The notes under the pieces are model-generated. The model had not been told where the DNA came from. It searched no databases and saw only the letters and a program-made list of their open reading frames with translations. A stretch of DNA of 64,000 nucleotides from Balanoglossus misakiensis (lineage: Eukaryota > Animalia > Hemichordata), in contig CM082576.2 of the NCBI GenBank assembly GCA_040954595.2, forward strand, positions 18,275,028 to 18,339,027. The letters run 5' to 3'. Position numbers and translations under genes: made by a program. Below, one piece after another: positions 1-12,612 of the stretch. The first letter of the stretch is position 1, and each line of letters opens with the position of its first letter.

Positions 1-1193
1 TAGTGCTGAATGTGGTGAGGAGTTGCGATTCCTCATCAAGTGGGATATTCCAATATCCGCTTCTGAGATCAAGTGTTGAGAAGTACTTTGCGTTCTTCAG
101 CTCTGGAAGAATGTCATCAAGAGTTTTCGCGTAGTAGTGTGGACGTTTGATGAACTTGTTAAGTTCGCGTGGGTCCAGACATATGCGTAGGGATCCGTCA
201 GCCTTTGTGACAAGTACAATGTTGTTGACCCATTCAGTCGGTTCCTGTACTTCCCTGATGACGCCGATTTCAATCAGACGGTCAAGTTCTTGTCTGAGAG
301 GGGTTTTCAGTGGGTCGGGTGTTCTCCTTGTTGCGTTAACTGTGGGCACTGCTCCATCAGACAGCTGGATTTTGTGTTCATTTTGGATTTTGCCAACACC
401 TTCGAACACATCAGCGTTGTCATTGATGAAATGTTCCTTGCTGGTGTACGATGCGATTTCTTTCACATCAAATTTCTCAAAGCAGCTGTGTCTATCACAG
501 GGAAATTTCACAAGTCCTAGCTTGGCGCATAAGCTGAGGCCGAGTAGGTTGTTCCCCTGTTCTGAGATGAAGGACACGACATTAAGTAGACGGGCGTTTT
601 GATGCTCGATGACCGGGACAGTTACTTTCCCATGGTTTGGGAAACGTTTGCCTCCATATCCGCTAAGACGCATATCAGTTGTGTCTGGCTTGTGGTTTGG
701 GCCAAACAGTGTTCGGTATGTGGTATAGTCATGCGTTTTCTTATCATGCTGATCAGCTGGTTGAGTGTTTTTATTGGTGGTAGAGCGGCATTTCTTTGCC
801 CAGTGGTTGCGATTGCCACATTTCCTGCAGTCCTGTCCGAAAGCTGGACATTTTCTTGGCGGGTGGTCCAGGCCACAGTTTCTGCATTCCCCACCTGTGT
901 TTTGCTTCAGCTTGCTTTGTTTGTGGTTATGCACCTTCGCCCTGGCGGAGTGTACAACTTCTCCTGGTTCAGGCGGCGTTGCTTGCCCCATAGTCTTCAG
1001 TGCAGACACATGCGCATTGGCGGCTTCATAAGTTCTACTGAGGGCTATGGCTTCATTGAGTGTGTATTTTTTAGGTTTTGTTAACAGCTCTTTCTGGAAC
1101 TCAAGTATTGGCGTAGCGGCAATGATTAAATAGGTCGAAGGATTCAGTTAAATTGTCCGACTCCCAGTTCATAACCGGTATTTTGTTTGCCAT
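1..1193 (-). pseudogene. Degenerate Ty3/Gypsy gag-pol (Zn knuckle, partial protease, start of RT), running off the left edge
   Basis: Manual minus-strand translation gives MANKIPVMNWESDNLTESFDLF, then CRNCGLDHPPRKCPAFGQDCRKCGNRNHWAKKC, then RT motifs WVNNIVLVTKADGSLRICLDPRELN and YFSTLDLRSGYWNIPL. It is frameshifted, gag is short and the protease D-T/S-G motif is absent. Confidence 0.85.
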
Positions 1194-1341
1194 GGTCGTT
1201 TCGGGAAATGTGCTCGCTGTGTGTTGCTAGGTATATGCTATACATTAGGCTAGGCTGTGTTCACATCAAAAGTCAACTTACGCCAATTGCTTTGGATTGG
1301 GTATCACTCGTCTTCTGATGTCAACCGTCACTGGGTCACCA

Positions 1342-1572
1342 TGTTATGTTTACTGACTTGGTGAGATCAAGTTATGTTTTGTGTAACTCGTTTCATGAGA
1401 AACTTCAACTGGAACACGAACACAACAACTGTACGTTCTGCTAGTACAAGATGGCAGCCATGAACGCGGGAAAAATCATGACCTTACAATGTCATATGAA
1501 CTCTGCTAGAGGGCGCTCTATCAAAGCATTGCATGTGGTATGCTATAGTGAGATTATAGGTATATCATAACA
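1342..1572 (-). mobile_element. 5' LTR (231 bp) of the Gypsy element, followed by a tRNA-Trp-like PBS
   Basis: Termini TGTTATG...CATAACA form a 7-bp inverted repeat. On the minus strand TGGTGACCC follows immediately (1341-1333). Confidence 0.8.
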
Positions 1573-1867
1573 GACATTTTTTTTTTTTTTTAATTTATTT
1601 AATTTAATTTGGGAGATAAAGAATTTTACAGCGCTCAAAAAACAGATGCTGATACATTTAAAGGTACAGATACAGATTCAGTAACAAATATTACATATTA
1701 AATTGTGGTATATATTAAATTGTTGTATATGCAATTTCAAAGGAGATTCTCAAGTTACAGATATCATTAAACATCAAAATTTTCCCATTTCAGTAAAGCA
1801 TTCTCTATACATTTATTTCTTTTGGCAATATACATTTCCACTTTCTTCATAATTCGTACATTTATTT

Positions 1868-4800
1868 TCACAATATTGAAGGAAGGGAGACCTTACAATC
1901 ATAAATAGTATTCTTTGTGACAAGTATTACGCGATTTAAAAGTAAATTAAGAGATGCATCTCCCAAGAGAATTTGTTTAGCGGAAAGATTAGGAGGTGCA
2001 TCAAGTGCAGAGCCCCACAGGAGCAAAACGCTTCTCCATAAAGTTTGTACACATTCACACTCTACAAATAGATGAAGAATGGTCTCGTCGACTTTTTGAC
2101 AAAAAGTACAAAGACTACTGTTAACTCTGGGAGGATTCATATGAAACAAAATACGGTTTGTATATAAAACATTATGATTTAACTTCCACTGGAACTCTTG
2201 CAATTTTGTTTCTATTGTGACCTTGAATGGTAGTGCAAAAATGTGACACCACTCATTTTTGTCCACAGTTAAAAACTGTGAAAAGTACAGCACACTCTTT
2301 GGAGGAATTACATAACTTGCTGTGAAAAGTTTTCTAATATTTTTCACCGTACACTTCCTCAATGGCATAACTTTGTTACAAATTATTACACTGATAGGCA
2401 ATTCTGGCCTAATTACTTCCACATTACATTTCTTCCAATTTGATGGAATTGACTGTAAAATACCTTGCCATTGTAAAAGATGGTTAAGAGTACATCCCAT
2501 AGCAGATAAATCAAACCACGTTTTCAAATTATTGTATTGATTAAAGATGTCTACAATGTACACTATACCTTTTTGGAAGAAAAACTTATTAAAAATTGAA
2601 CAATTGTTAATGAGAATTTCTTTGTTGTTCCAAATGATTTGTTGCGTAAAACCAAAATAATTACAAGGATTAATGTCACTCCAAAATTCCAACATTTCAA
2701 TGACAAAGTCTGGTAGTTGAATGGGAAGAGGTTATACACTGTAGTTACACCTGAAAATGAGTCTGCCACCAATTGGTTGCAGAAAAAAATCCAAAATTAG
2801 TTTCCATGGGAGCTTTGTCTCAGACACGTAGCGCTTAATCCATGAAATTTTAAAAGCTTTGTACAATGCAAAAATGTCTATCATGCCTATTCCCCCTTCT
2901 CTAATATCACCGATTATCGTATTTCTGCTGACCCTATCAGGGCCATTCCAAATAAATTTGTGGATGACACTGTTAATTGTTTTGATATCTGAGATTTTGA
3001 TATATTTATAAGGTTGAAAATGTACAGAAACTTGGAAATTATCAATGTTTTAACAATCTGGATTTTACCAATTAAGGTAAGCCCTCTGGACCGCCAGTGG
3101 CAAAGCAAACGTGACATAGATTCTAAGGGACCTTTAATATTTTCTTTATAAGCAGCAGCAAGGTTATAAGAAAAGAAAATGCCAACAATTTTAATTGGCA
3201 TCTCTGGCCATTTTATACCAAAAGGTTTATCCTCTCTGTGCCTCCATTTGCCAAGCCACATAGCTTCCGTTTTGTTACGATTTATACATAAACCAGATGC
3301 TAAATGAAAATTGTTTAAAAGAGAAATAAGATTCACAGCAGATGTTTCGTCTGCCAAGAAACATGTCAGATCATCTGCAAATGCAGCATTTTTGATTTCT
3401 TTGTTTAATATACCAATGCCATGAATATTATCATTTTGTTGAAAAGCAACAAAAGTACTTCCAACCCAATGATAAAAAGAGCTGGGGATAGAGGGTCTCC
3501 TTGACGAACACATCGCTGTAAATCAAAATATCCTGTTGAGAGGCCACAATTAAGAACACAGCTGGTTGGATGTGAATAAAAAGTGCGAATCCAATTCATA
3601 AGAGAAGGGCCAAAATTTAAAGCTTCAATACAGAAATGGCCATTCTAGGCTGTCAAAAGCCTTCTCAAAAGCTACTGCCATAAGAATACCAGGTAAGTTT
3701 TCCATTTTTGTAAACTCCAAAATGCTATCTATGATTCTTACACAATCACCTATTTGACGACCTTTTATAAAAGCACACTGGGTCTCATTAATAATATTAT
3801 GCAAGATCTTGTCTAAATGTCTAGAAATACATTTCGCACCAATCTTGTAATCAACATTTAAGAGTGTAATGTGCCTCCAGTTTTTAACAAAACGTTTGTC
3901 TTTACCCTTTTTCTCAATGAGAGTGATAACACCTTGCTTCTGACTGTTTGACAAAACACCCATCTCATAACCTTTGTTTAAAGAATAAACAACATAGTAA
4001 CCTATAAGAGGCCAAAATTTCATATACAATTCAACAGACAGGCAATCATTACCTGGAGTTTTGTTTGATGGCATACTAGAGAGGGCCTGGAACGCTTCAT
4101 CATAAGTGATGAGGCCATCACAAGAGGCACTATCTGTATCAGTTAACATGGGCAAGTTTACCATGTTGAAAAAGTCAGTAATGGAGTTCAGATTTTAATG
4201 ATTTTGTTTACTATGATAAAGCTTGGAATAAAAAGACTTAAGTTCTCCTAAAATCTCTTGAGAGTCCGTTATCCTCCTTCCTTCATCATTTATAATTTGG
4301 ACACTGTGGGACTTCTTAGAATTAGCCTTTTCCAAACTAAGAAAATACTTTGTATTCTTTTCCCCCAGCTCATACCAGTTTGCTCTTGAACGAATAATGC
4401 TACCTTCAACAACGTAATCTAATTCTATCTGCAATTCCTTTCTTATACATTCAATCTCATCCCTAATCTCATTGGATGGATCAGAAGCTAGAGCTACCTC
4501 CATATGGGTAAGCTTGGTCTCAAGCTCAGAAATATTATCTCTTCTAGCTTTTGCCTTTTGTTTCCCATAAGAAAGAGAGGCTGTCTTAATTTTGTACTTC
4601 AAAAAATCCCAAACTTGAATTGGCTCTTGAGAGTGGTACTCATCTACCCAATTTTCAAAGTTGCCATAAATAAGTTTGATAAACTGATCATCTAGAAGAA
4701 AGCTATTATTGAACTTCCAGTAGGAATGCCCAAGCCTGGCTCGACTATCACCAATGGAAAGAGTAATTGCAGAATGGTCACTATAATTACAAGAAATGAT

Positions 4801-5502
4801 ATCTGTATCTGAGACAGCTTGCTGCAGAGAGCTGCTCACTAAGAAATAATCTAAACGACTCTGAATTAACTCGGGACGCAATTTGCTCCAGGTAAAACGT
4901 CTCGTGGAAGGATTACGGACTCTCCAAATATCCGACAGATCAAATTTAGCACAAAGCTCACTCAAAATAGTAGCTGACTTTTTCCACGTGGTTGGGTTTC
5001 CACCTTTCCTGTCCAAGTTAGGATTTATAGTCATATTATGATCCCTTACCCAAATAATCTCTCTATCTGGTTCTACTTCCATAGCATAAAGCATTTCAGT
5101 GATCTGTGAAAGATATGAAACATGCTCAGTTTCATTATTTGGACCATAACAATTTATGAGTAAATACGGCTTTTCAAAAATATCTACTGAAATAATAATC
5201 CGACAATCTTTATCGGTACTTACATTATAAATAGAGAAATGTACATTTCTAAAAATAACAAGTACACCTCTACTATTGGAGGTACCGTGTGAAAAAATAA
5301 AATGGCCAGGGAGTAGACTTGGCCACAGCTGTTCATCTTTAGGCACACTATTAGTTTCTTGAAGGAAAATGATATTTGGATTTTTCTTTTGCAACCACTG
5401 AAAAACACCTTTTCGTTTCTTATAGTTAGCAATACCACGCACATTTGCTGAAATTACATTATAGTTCTCTGACATCAAATTTGACAGAAAATAACTGTAC
5501 AA
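1868..5502 (-). pseudogene. LINE ORF2 (APE endonuclease, reverse transcriptase, zf-RVT) broken into several frames
   Basis: EN motifs SANVRG, FLQET, SRLDYFL, SDHS (4195-5502). RT motifs KNWRHITLLNVDYK, AFEKAFDS, VRQGDPLSP, AFADD (2914-4164). CTFC...ETILHLFVEC (1868-2695). Confidence 0.9.
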
Positions 5503-5977
5503 AGATGCACTGAATTTTTTCTAAATCTCCCAAAATTTTCAAAATAGAAAAGAAAAAAGGAAAAAAAATGAACTCTACAACGAGCTCAGCATAGACCGAA
5601 AACAAAACAAAAAAAAACAACAACAGGCAAGGTGGAGGATCTGGCGTAAAGCAATTTAGAGAGGTGTGGGGAAAGAATATCTCCCCAACAGCGATAACCA
5701 TAGTCAAAAGCATAATTGACTAATGCAGTAAAATGAAAAAAGAGAGAGAGAGAAAAAACAAGACATGAATGATCACAACATCGAATAATAGGTCGACAAA
5801 AAGCATTTCTCTAATGGCAGGTGTCCATGTATACAGACAAGTAAAAGAGGACTGATCACCAGTAGCGACATTGCTCTCACACTGACATCAAAAGGATATG
5901 ATAAACAAGTCAATGTCTTTGCTGGTAATCTTGTGGTGAAGGCGTGTATTTTGAGTTGTTGATGTAGAGTTGACCAT

Positions 5978-6751
5978 TTACGAACTTGACTTTCTTTTTT
6001 TCGTTGTACGGAGGCTTTGCTTGACTTTATAGTCCGCTGGGCACAAGTCTGGTTTGACAAAAATGTCCGTACCTCTGAAAGCCGTACGCCAGTTTCTCAG
6101 TAGTTCACTCCGCTGTAATCGAAGAGGGAGTTTAACGATGATATGCCTCGGTTTGCCAGATTTACTGCGAGTGTCTTTCACACTTGGACTGCGGTGGGCA
6201 TTGTCAATCAAAATGTCCGCCATCTTGAACTTTTCTGCAGCGAGTCCCTTTATGGTTTCAACGCAATTTTCATCTTCTTTTTCGGGTATGCCTCCAATAC
6301 GGAGATTGTAGTTTCGGGAGTATCTTTCAAGCCTTGTCACCGAACTCTCAACTTGTTCATTTCTTTTGGTAAACTCCTCTAATTTTGTTTGAAGTTTCTG
6401 AAAGTCTGCCTTCAACTCCACGTTCTCTCCCTTCAGCGTATCTATGTCGTCATATGCATACTGCATGGCCTTTTCAAGTTCAGTGTATTTCGTTTCAACA
6501 AGTTCCATTCTTTCAGACAGCTTTCGTTGTTCAGTTATAATCGTTAAAACCCGGTCAGATATCGAGCCCACTTTCTCCTCTAAGTCCTGCAGACATTCCT
6601 TCATTAAGGCTTTCAGCGAGTCACGAGAGAAGCCACTCTCACCTTCTCGCACGCCCGGTTCTGATGTACCGCCGCCATCTTTGAAGTACGCTGCGATGTC
6701 TTGGTTGTCCGTACCGACTTGTTTGCTCTTATTTCGGGTTGCGTTTGCCAT
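5978..6751 (-). CDS. LINE ORF1p (coiled coil plus RRM-like domain, L1/Tx1 type); C-terminus probably frameshifted
   Basis: 257-aa ORF with a long heptad-rich segment, then LERYSRNYNLRIGGIPE...IDNAHR...PRHIIVKL. It lies upstream of ORF2. Confidence 0.85.
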   Translation of the reverse strand: MANATRNKSKQVGTDNQDIAAYFKDGGGTSEPGVREGESGFSRDSLKALMKECLQDLEEKVGSISDRVLTIITEQRKLSERMELVETKYTELEKAMQYAYDDIDTLKGENVELKADFQKLQTKLEEFTKRNEQVESSVTRLERYSRNYNLRIGGIPEKEDENCVETIKGLAAEKFKMADILIDNAHRSPSVKDTRSKSGKPRHIIVKLPLRLQRSELLRNWRTAFRGTDIFVKPDLCPADYKVKQSLRTTKKRKSSS

Positions 6752-8399
6752 ATCACTTCCAGGTCCGCTACAAGCGTTCTAGGTAACTTTAAATCAGTAA
6801 CAGTAATGTCAAATGTTAAACCTGGTGGACTATTACCATGAAATTTGGCCTGCTTTTAGTGACGGTGTGACCACACTGTTCACTCCAGCGCCATGACCTA
6901 TGACCCCTGTAACATAACAGACATAGTAGTCAAAGTCCAGTATGTGTTTAAAATGATACCCTGGTCACACACAGTGACAAATATCAGCCTTTGACTATTG
7001 TGTCAAATTATCTAATCTGTGCATTGTTAATAACCCACTGTGAAGTTTAGTCCAGGTAATTCATTTTCAGTGTGGAAACATACTATGCTTTGAATACATG
7101 TTGCATATGGAGTGTTGAAGGTTATAGTTGGATGTAGTTTTCCAAGCAATTAGGACATTTTTATATATCGCTATATACTATTTCATTGGTTGATAAACAT
7201 CATGATTCTTCACGTCACGATGGAAACTGAAAAAAAAAATATTGCTTTATATTCACCAAAAACTATTTTTTTCACCATTGCTATGAAAAATAAAGCACAA
7301 AAAACGTAACACTTAACATGTTACAGTAAAGGGCATTGCCTGTCGATGTGATACACTTTATCATATAACTTCAAAACTGGTAGCTAGGGCAGTGTTTGCA
7401 CAGAGGAGTCCCTTAAATGCCTTCGCTCATTCACACCTCTTCAGTGATAATGCCTGGATTATATTGACATGAAGCTGTTTGTTCAGCAGTGTTTCAACTG
7501 CCAGCCACCTGAGTTCATTTTAACACCCAAACACTGAAAATATTGTAGCAATCAATAATATAACCTACACACGGTGTAAAAGTCACCGTGTTTTAAAGTT
7601 ATGTTGATGCCTGATGTGCATTGTGACTCACGGGGCATGCAAGGGTAAAGCTTGTCCAAAGTTGACAAAGCAAAATACCAGACTAAGTGCCTGTTTTAAT
7701 ATGTGCCTCTTTCCAAGGACCTTGGTGACGAGGCATAAATTTGGGAATGTTCACAGGACCCATTTTTTCACTGGACCCGCACATGTAATTATATAACCAT
7801 GAAATTGAACTGTTCCCGGGAGCTACCGAGTGTTGCCTTGTTTCACCCGCAGGTTACTAGCTAGGGTTTTTACACTGCCGGCAGTAGTTCCAAAAACTAG
7901 CTACACTGCGTAGTGATTGGTTGACTATATATGAATATGCATGAGGTCTGGTTTATAAGGTTCTACACAGATGTAGTGCCCATGCCTTCTCACGGCGGAG
8001 CGTGACAGAGAGCATATTCCGTGTACCTCGCTCGTCATCAAGTTTTCTAGGTGGAATTCAGAATGGCAACTCCAACCACAAAAGCAACAGTTGTAACAGC
8101 ACTGCAAACACCAGTTCTCAATACTTTGGCTGTGAGTAGAATGTCTACAACCAGGACTGCGACTGCCACTACCACCAATGCTACTGTCGCTCTTACCAGT
8201 ACCTGAACAGCCTCAACGGGTACCAGCCAAGTGCAACCAGTCGATGCGGCAAGTTTCACCTTGCAGATCGAATATTATTTGGTGCATTTTGCTGTGTTGT
8301 CTTTCCACAGCCAACTTGTATTCTGATATTCTGCGTTCAAGACCGAAGATATAATCGGGAACTGGGACTGGAGTCATTTCGAATGAGAATGTGATGTAT

Positions 8400-8765
8400 T
8401 TGGGTCTGACGAAAGAGAAGTGATTATTGAGTCGTCCCCATGAAGAGTTATAAATATGGTTGTGGGTATGACGAATTGACAGTTGTTAATGGCGAAGAAA
8501 CTGAGTATTGAGTCGTCCCCATGGAAAGTTATGAAATACGGTTTTGGGTTGACGAATTTACCGTTGTTAATGGAGAAGAAACTTGAGTCGTCCCCATGAA
8601 AAAACTGAGACTGTAATGAATGGTAATGAAGGTAATGAGTCGTCCCCAAGTGTTTTTCTTTTCGTATTTGGGTTTGACGAGTCTGGAATCGGTGTACTCG
8701 TTACATAATGTGAAAAGGTAGTCGGATTGGTCATGGCAGGTTGTAACATTTGGGTTGACGAATTA
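8400..8765. repeat. Degenerate minisatellite in the 5' region of the split-repeat element
   Basis: GAGTCGTCCCC at 8429, 8510, 8585 and 8637, alternating with GGGTnTGACGA motifs. Confidence 0.7.
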
Positions 8766-8826
8766 TCGAGCGCTAGTTGGAATGAATATGACTGCTGCAG
8801 AGGAAAATATTGCAGGCTGACTGTGA

Positions 8827-9453
8827 ATGGGTGTGGCCAGAAGTAATTGTCATGTAAATTACACGCTAAACGTGCGGCGTACCCCAGGTGCTAAGGTTTA
8901 TGCTTTGATTGGTGCATTGCAGGGACCCGCACATACTCGAAGACAGGAGATGTCAAGTGGCCCTCGACTGGAATCCTACGACAGGTTCGAAAGATATCTG
9001 ACAGAGTTGCGGTTGTATGCTGAACGGGACGAAGCGGCTTTTAGTCCAGAAGAAGCTTTGGCTCGCCTGGAAATGCTCGTGGACATATCGATGGATATAG
9101 GACATAAGGACTATCATAATTACGTAGCCATGTTTCGGGCTCTGCGTAAAGAGAGGCAATCACCCGCTATGCCTCAGATGTTGCTTTCCCTACTTGGATC
9201 AGGTGAACATGCAGAGATCTTAGAGAAAATTGCAAAAGTGAAGAAAGCCGTTAGTAATACCCATTTAAATGCTGATCGCAGAGAGAATAGAGAAAGATCA
9301 AGTTTGCGATGTTGGAAGTGTAATAGAATTGGACATATAGCTAGGTTTTGTTATGGTAGACGTGATAGGTATGATCGCTACGATAGATTTGATAGATATG
9401 ATGATGGGAGAAGGGAATATTACCGTTCCCGTTTAGGTAGAGATACCAAATAG
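8827..9453 (+). CDS. gag: Gag-like protein with CCHC zinc knuckle and RD/RY-rich tail (likely start at ATG 8950)
   Basis: CWKCNRIGHIARFC matches CX2CX4HX4C, followed by RDRYDRYDRFDRYDD. The N-terminal part looks helical. Confidence 0.75.
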   Translation: MGVARSNCHVNYTLNVRRTPGAKVYALIGALQGPAHTRRQEMSSGPRLESYDRFERYLTELRLYAERDEAAFSPEEALARLEMLVDISMDIGHKDYHNYVAMFRALRKERQSPAMPQMLLSLLGSGEHAEILEKIAKVKKAVSNTHLNADRRENRERSSLRCWKCNRIGHIARFCYGRRDRYDRYDRFDRYDDGRREYYRSRLGRDTK

Positions 9454-10534
9454 GTTATTGCTATTAGTACAGGTTTACGGTGATTTGCCTGCCTGATGTA
9501 TGGCTACATATGATATAAAGCGGACACCTTGGCTGGAATTCTATAGTGTCTATTGTATTGTAACACAGAATTGATAATGATGATTAAAGGAAAATAAGAA
9601 TGTAATGTAAAATGTTCTGTTGCTGTATGAATGGTTTGCACATGTGGGGAAATGGGGGCGTGCCTGGGGGAGGTGTACTGTAGTCTAATTACAGTCCCTT
9701 CTGTCTCAACTAGGCGGGGGTTTCTAACCCTATGCCCGGTTTATTATGTTCCCCCCCCCCCAAAAAAAAACAACAAAAACAAAACAAAAACAAAAACAAA
9801 AACCAATTGATTGTCGTTTTGATTACGAAAGATATTGAATTGAGGTTTTTTTTACCTTTTCAGCTCTGTGTGGTATTTGTGGATGTGCGTGATGAGTATT
9901 GGAGAGGGGTATGTTTTTGGGGTACGGTCGAGAGACCAAGAGAGGAGGCAAGGGACCCTCGACCACTAAATCAAACTAAATCAAACTAAACAACACTACG
10001 CAGTGTAGATGGGGAACTAGCTACACTGCGTAGTGATTGGTTTACTATATATGAATATGCATGAGGTCTGGTATATAAGGTTCTACCCAGATGTAGTGCC
10101 CATGCCTTCTCACGGCGGAGCATGACAGAGAGCAAACAACCAACCCACCCTAAAATCGCCGACGCCTTAGGCAAGTGTTTATGTACAAGGCAGCAGTTTT
10201 AAGGATGACGAGAGAGGTACCACAAATGGCCATCGGTCACTCCTTAAGATACAGCAAGGGACCCTCGACCACTCCACAACTAAATCAAACTAAACAACAC
10301 TACTCAGTGTAGATATGGAACTGTGTACTTTTATGAATAGTCAATTAGCATCAATTTATTTGTGGTAGTAAAACATAATGGCTTGCAGCTCCCACAACAA
10401 ATACCATTACAAGTAAGATGATGCGCCAATGAACTAATTATTGATCCTCAGTTTCTGTGTGCCACCGATGATGTCACTATTAATTCTGTGCTAGTTTGCA
10501 CTCAGACTTCTTTTTCAAGGCTGATATTTCATTT

Positions 10535-12612
10535 TTAGGGGACCAAGCGCCTGAGGGCGCTTGGTCCCCTTCTGTTATTGCTGGAGTTTTTCTTCTTTCT
10601 TCTTGAGTCGTTTTTTTGCTCCCGTTTTGCTAAAAAATCCCTGGGTCTACGCCTATGAAACTTGGCACGGTGGTTGGGGCCCATGAGTACTAGTGCACCT
10701 GCCCTTTGAATTTGTAATTAGTCACGTGACTTGGTGGCTATAATCGAGCGAAATTTTCAAATTGACCTAATTTGCACGTTAATGGGGGCATGTACATTCG
10801 TTTCGCGATTTTCGTAGACCATGTGGCCAAAATCCCCTGTGCCAAATTTTAAGGTCCTAGGCCACGTCGATTTTGAGAAGAAGATTTTTGTAATATTTTT
10901 CGCATTTTTTGGTGGGCTGAGGACAAACACTGGGGCATCGGACTTTGACCGTCATTACGTAATGTTGTGGAGATCTCATTAGCAGGAGGGTTGCAGTAGT
11001 CCTTGGAAAATCGGCTGAAATACGTAAACAGACCAGTGATTATTTTCCACAGAATGAATTTTGGGAAAATTATCGGAGTTCAGGCTGTGTTAGGGCGATT
11101 TATTGAATTACGCTGAGTTTGTTAGCTGTTGCCGTTTAAATGTGTCTCTGCAGCCCCGGCTACACTGGTTAACATTCAATGTAATGCGGCAGCGGACTTT
11201 GACCCTCAGTCGCTAATGTTGTGGGAGGTTTCATTAGCATTTAGGTAGTCACATGTAGTGGATAGTAGTTCGGGAAATTGGCCGAAATACATAAGCAGAC
11301 CAGTGATTTTCTTGCACAAAGGGAGTATGGTACCAGCAATAATCAGAGATCAGGCTTCGTTGCCGTTCAAATGTTCCTACTTCAGTCGTGACGTTGCAAC
11401 TGAACGTTCAGTATGGGGTTCGGCCCGCAGGTGGCCGTGGGGGTTATCATGTCGCCCGTAATGGCACGCAGCTTCATGCAGCTCTATGGGACCAAAATAA
11501 TACGCCCGATTCGGGGGTCACCTGTGACACCTGCGTAACTCTATTACGTGCATGCGTAATTGTGGGGTCAATGAAAGGGATGCTAGCATGGTATTTGTTG
11601 CACATGGATCAATATGAAGTCCGATTTTCCTGTCAAGTTGTGGGCGACCTTATGTGACATTTCACCTACTTTTGCTTAGTGAATAACAGCAGATGCATGC
11701 AGCTTTGGCGTGGTGGGGGGGGGGATATACGGATGGGACCATAATGATATACCAAAGGCGGGGTCACCCGTTGCACCTGCCGAAGTCATTGATTTGTACA
11801 TTTAATTGAACACTAACCAACAGGGCGATATGTGTGGTTTTTGTTCCACACGGACGAATGTAAGTGTCAGTTGGTTTTTGCCCAAATGTATAAGGTGATT
11901 TGGATGACCTCTGTCGTACAGTGCCATATCTCAGCACGTTGTACAGGTGCAGCTTTGGTATTTGGAGGGATGAAACTATCATGAAATGCCAAATACATGG
12001 GGATACCTGTGACACCTGCTTGATTCATGTATTCCGTGCATACCTAATGGTAGGCAAAGTGAAAGGGCTGCAAATGTAGGATTTGTTGCACATGACATAA
12101 ACAGGAATGAAATTTTTTTGTCAAATATTTGGTTGACCTCAGGTGTCCATTGACCTGCTTTCCATATGTTAGCATGCAAATCATATATAGCCAGGTGTTT
12201 GGAGGGGTAGGGTAGGACCTCTGCGTCATGAAATGCTAAATTCCTGGGGCCACCTGTAACTTACTTGCGTAACTCATTTTATGGTCATACCTAATTTGAC
12301 CAACTCAAAGGGCGAGGATTTTCCGTTGTCTTGAATATGAACCAAATAAGAATCAACATTTTTGGTCCAATTTTTGGGTACCCTCAGCTGACCTTTGAAG
12401 TACTTACTGAAGTACTTACAACGTAGAAGTTCACCTTTGGTTGTTGTTTTTGTACTTGTACGACATGCATTTCAGGTGGTTGCCTACTCCCCATATCTCA
12501 ACATCGAGAGCAAATACAGCCTACGCATTTGAATGGTACAACCCTGAATGGAGTCTAATGGTTATTAACTCTATGCTTGGGCCCCTTCAATGCTGCTTGC
12601 AGCTTTAATTTT
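10535..12612 (+). mobile_element. Non-autonomous Helentron-type element (HINE), diverged copy
   Basis: 5' TT, then the hairpin GGGACCAAGCGCC-tgag-GGCGCTTGGTCCC and a pyrimidine microsatellite. Decayed ~240-bp units inside. 3' subTIR GCTTGGGCCCC, stem-loop GCTGC-TT-GCAGC and a T-rich end. Confidence 0.75.

Larger units (their letters stand above)
1578..6912 (-). mobile_element. Full-length L1/Tx1-clade non-LTR retrotransposon, inactivated by frameshifts
   Basis: Poly(A) tail seen as a T run at 1577-1591. ORF1 plus a fragmented EN-RT-zf ORF2. 12-bp TSD CATAACAGACAT at 1566-1577 and 6913-6924. Confidence 0.9.
7895..10322 (+). mobile_element. Non-autonomous Ngaro/PAT-like (DIRS-order) retroelement with split direct repeats A1-gag-B1-A2-B2
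   Basis: A1 7895-8014 matches A2 10015-10134 (120 bp, few mismatches). B1 9948-10018 matches B2 10254-10322. AACT is shared by both outer ends and the B1/A2 junction. A gag ORF lies inside. Confidence 0.75.

Noticed and set aside
147-1084. Plus-strand ORFs of 151 and 161 aa
   Set aside because: They are antisense shadows of the minus-strand Gypsy gag-pol.
8400-8765. GAGTCGTCCCC repeats at variable spacing as a CRISPR-like array
   Set aside because: The intervening sequences are homologous to each other, so this is a degenerate minisatellite.
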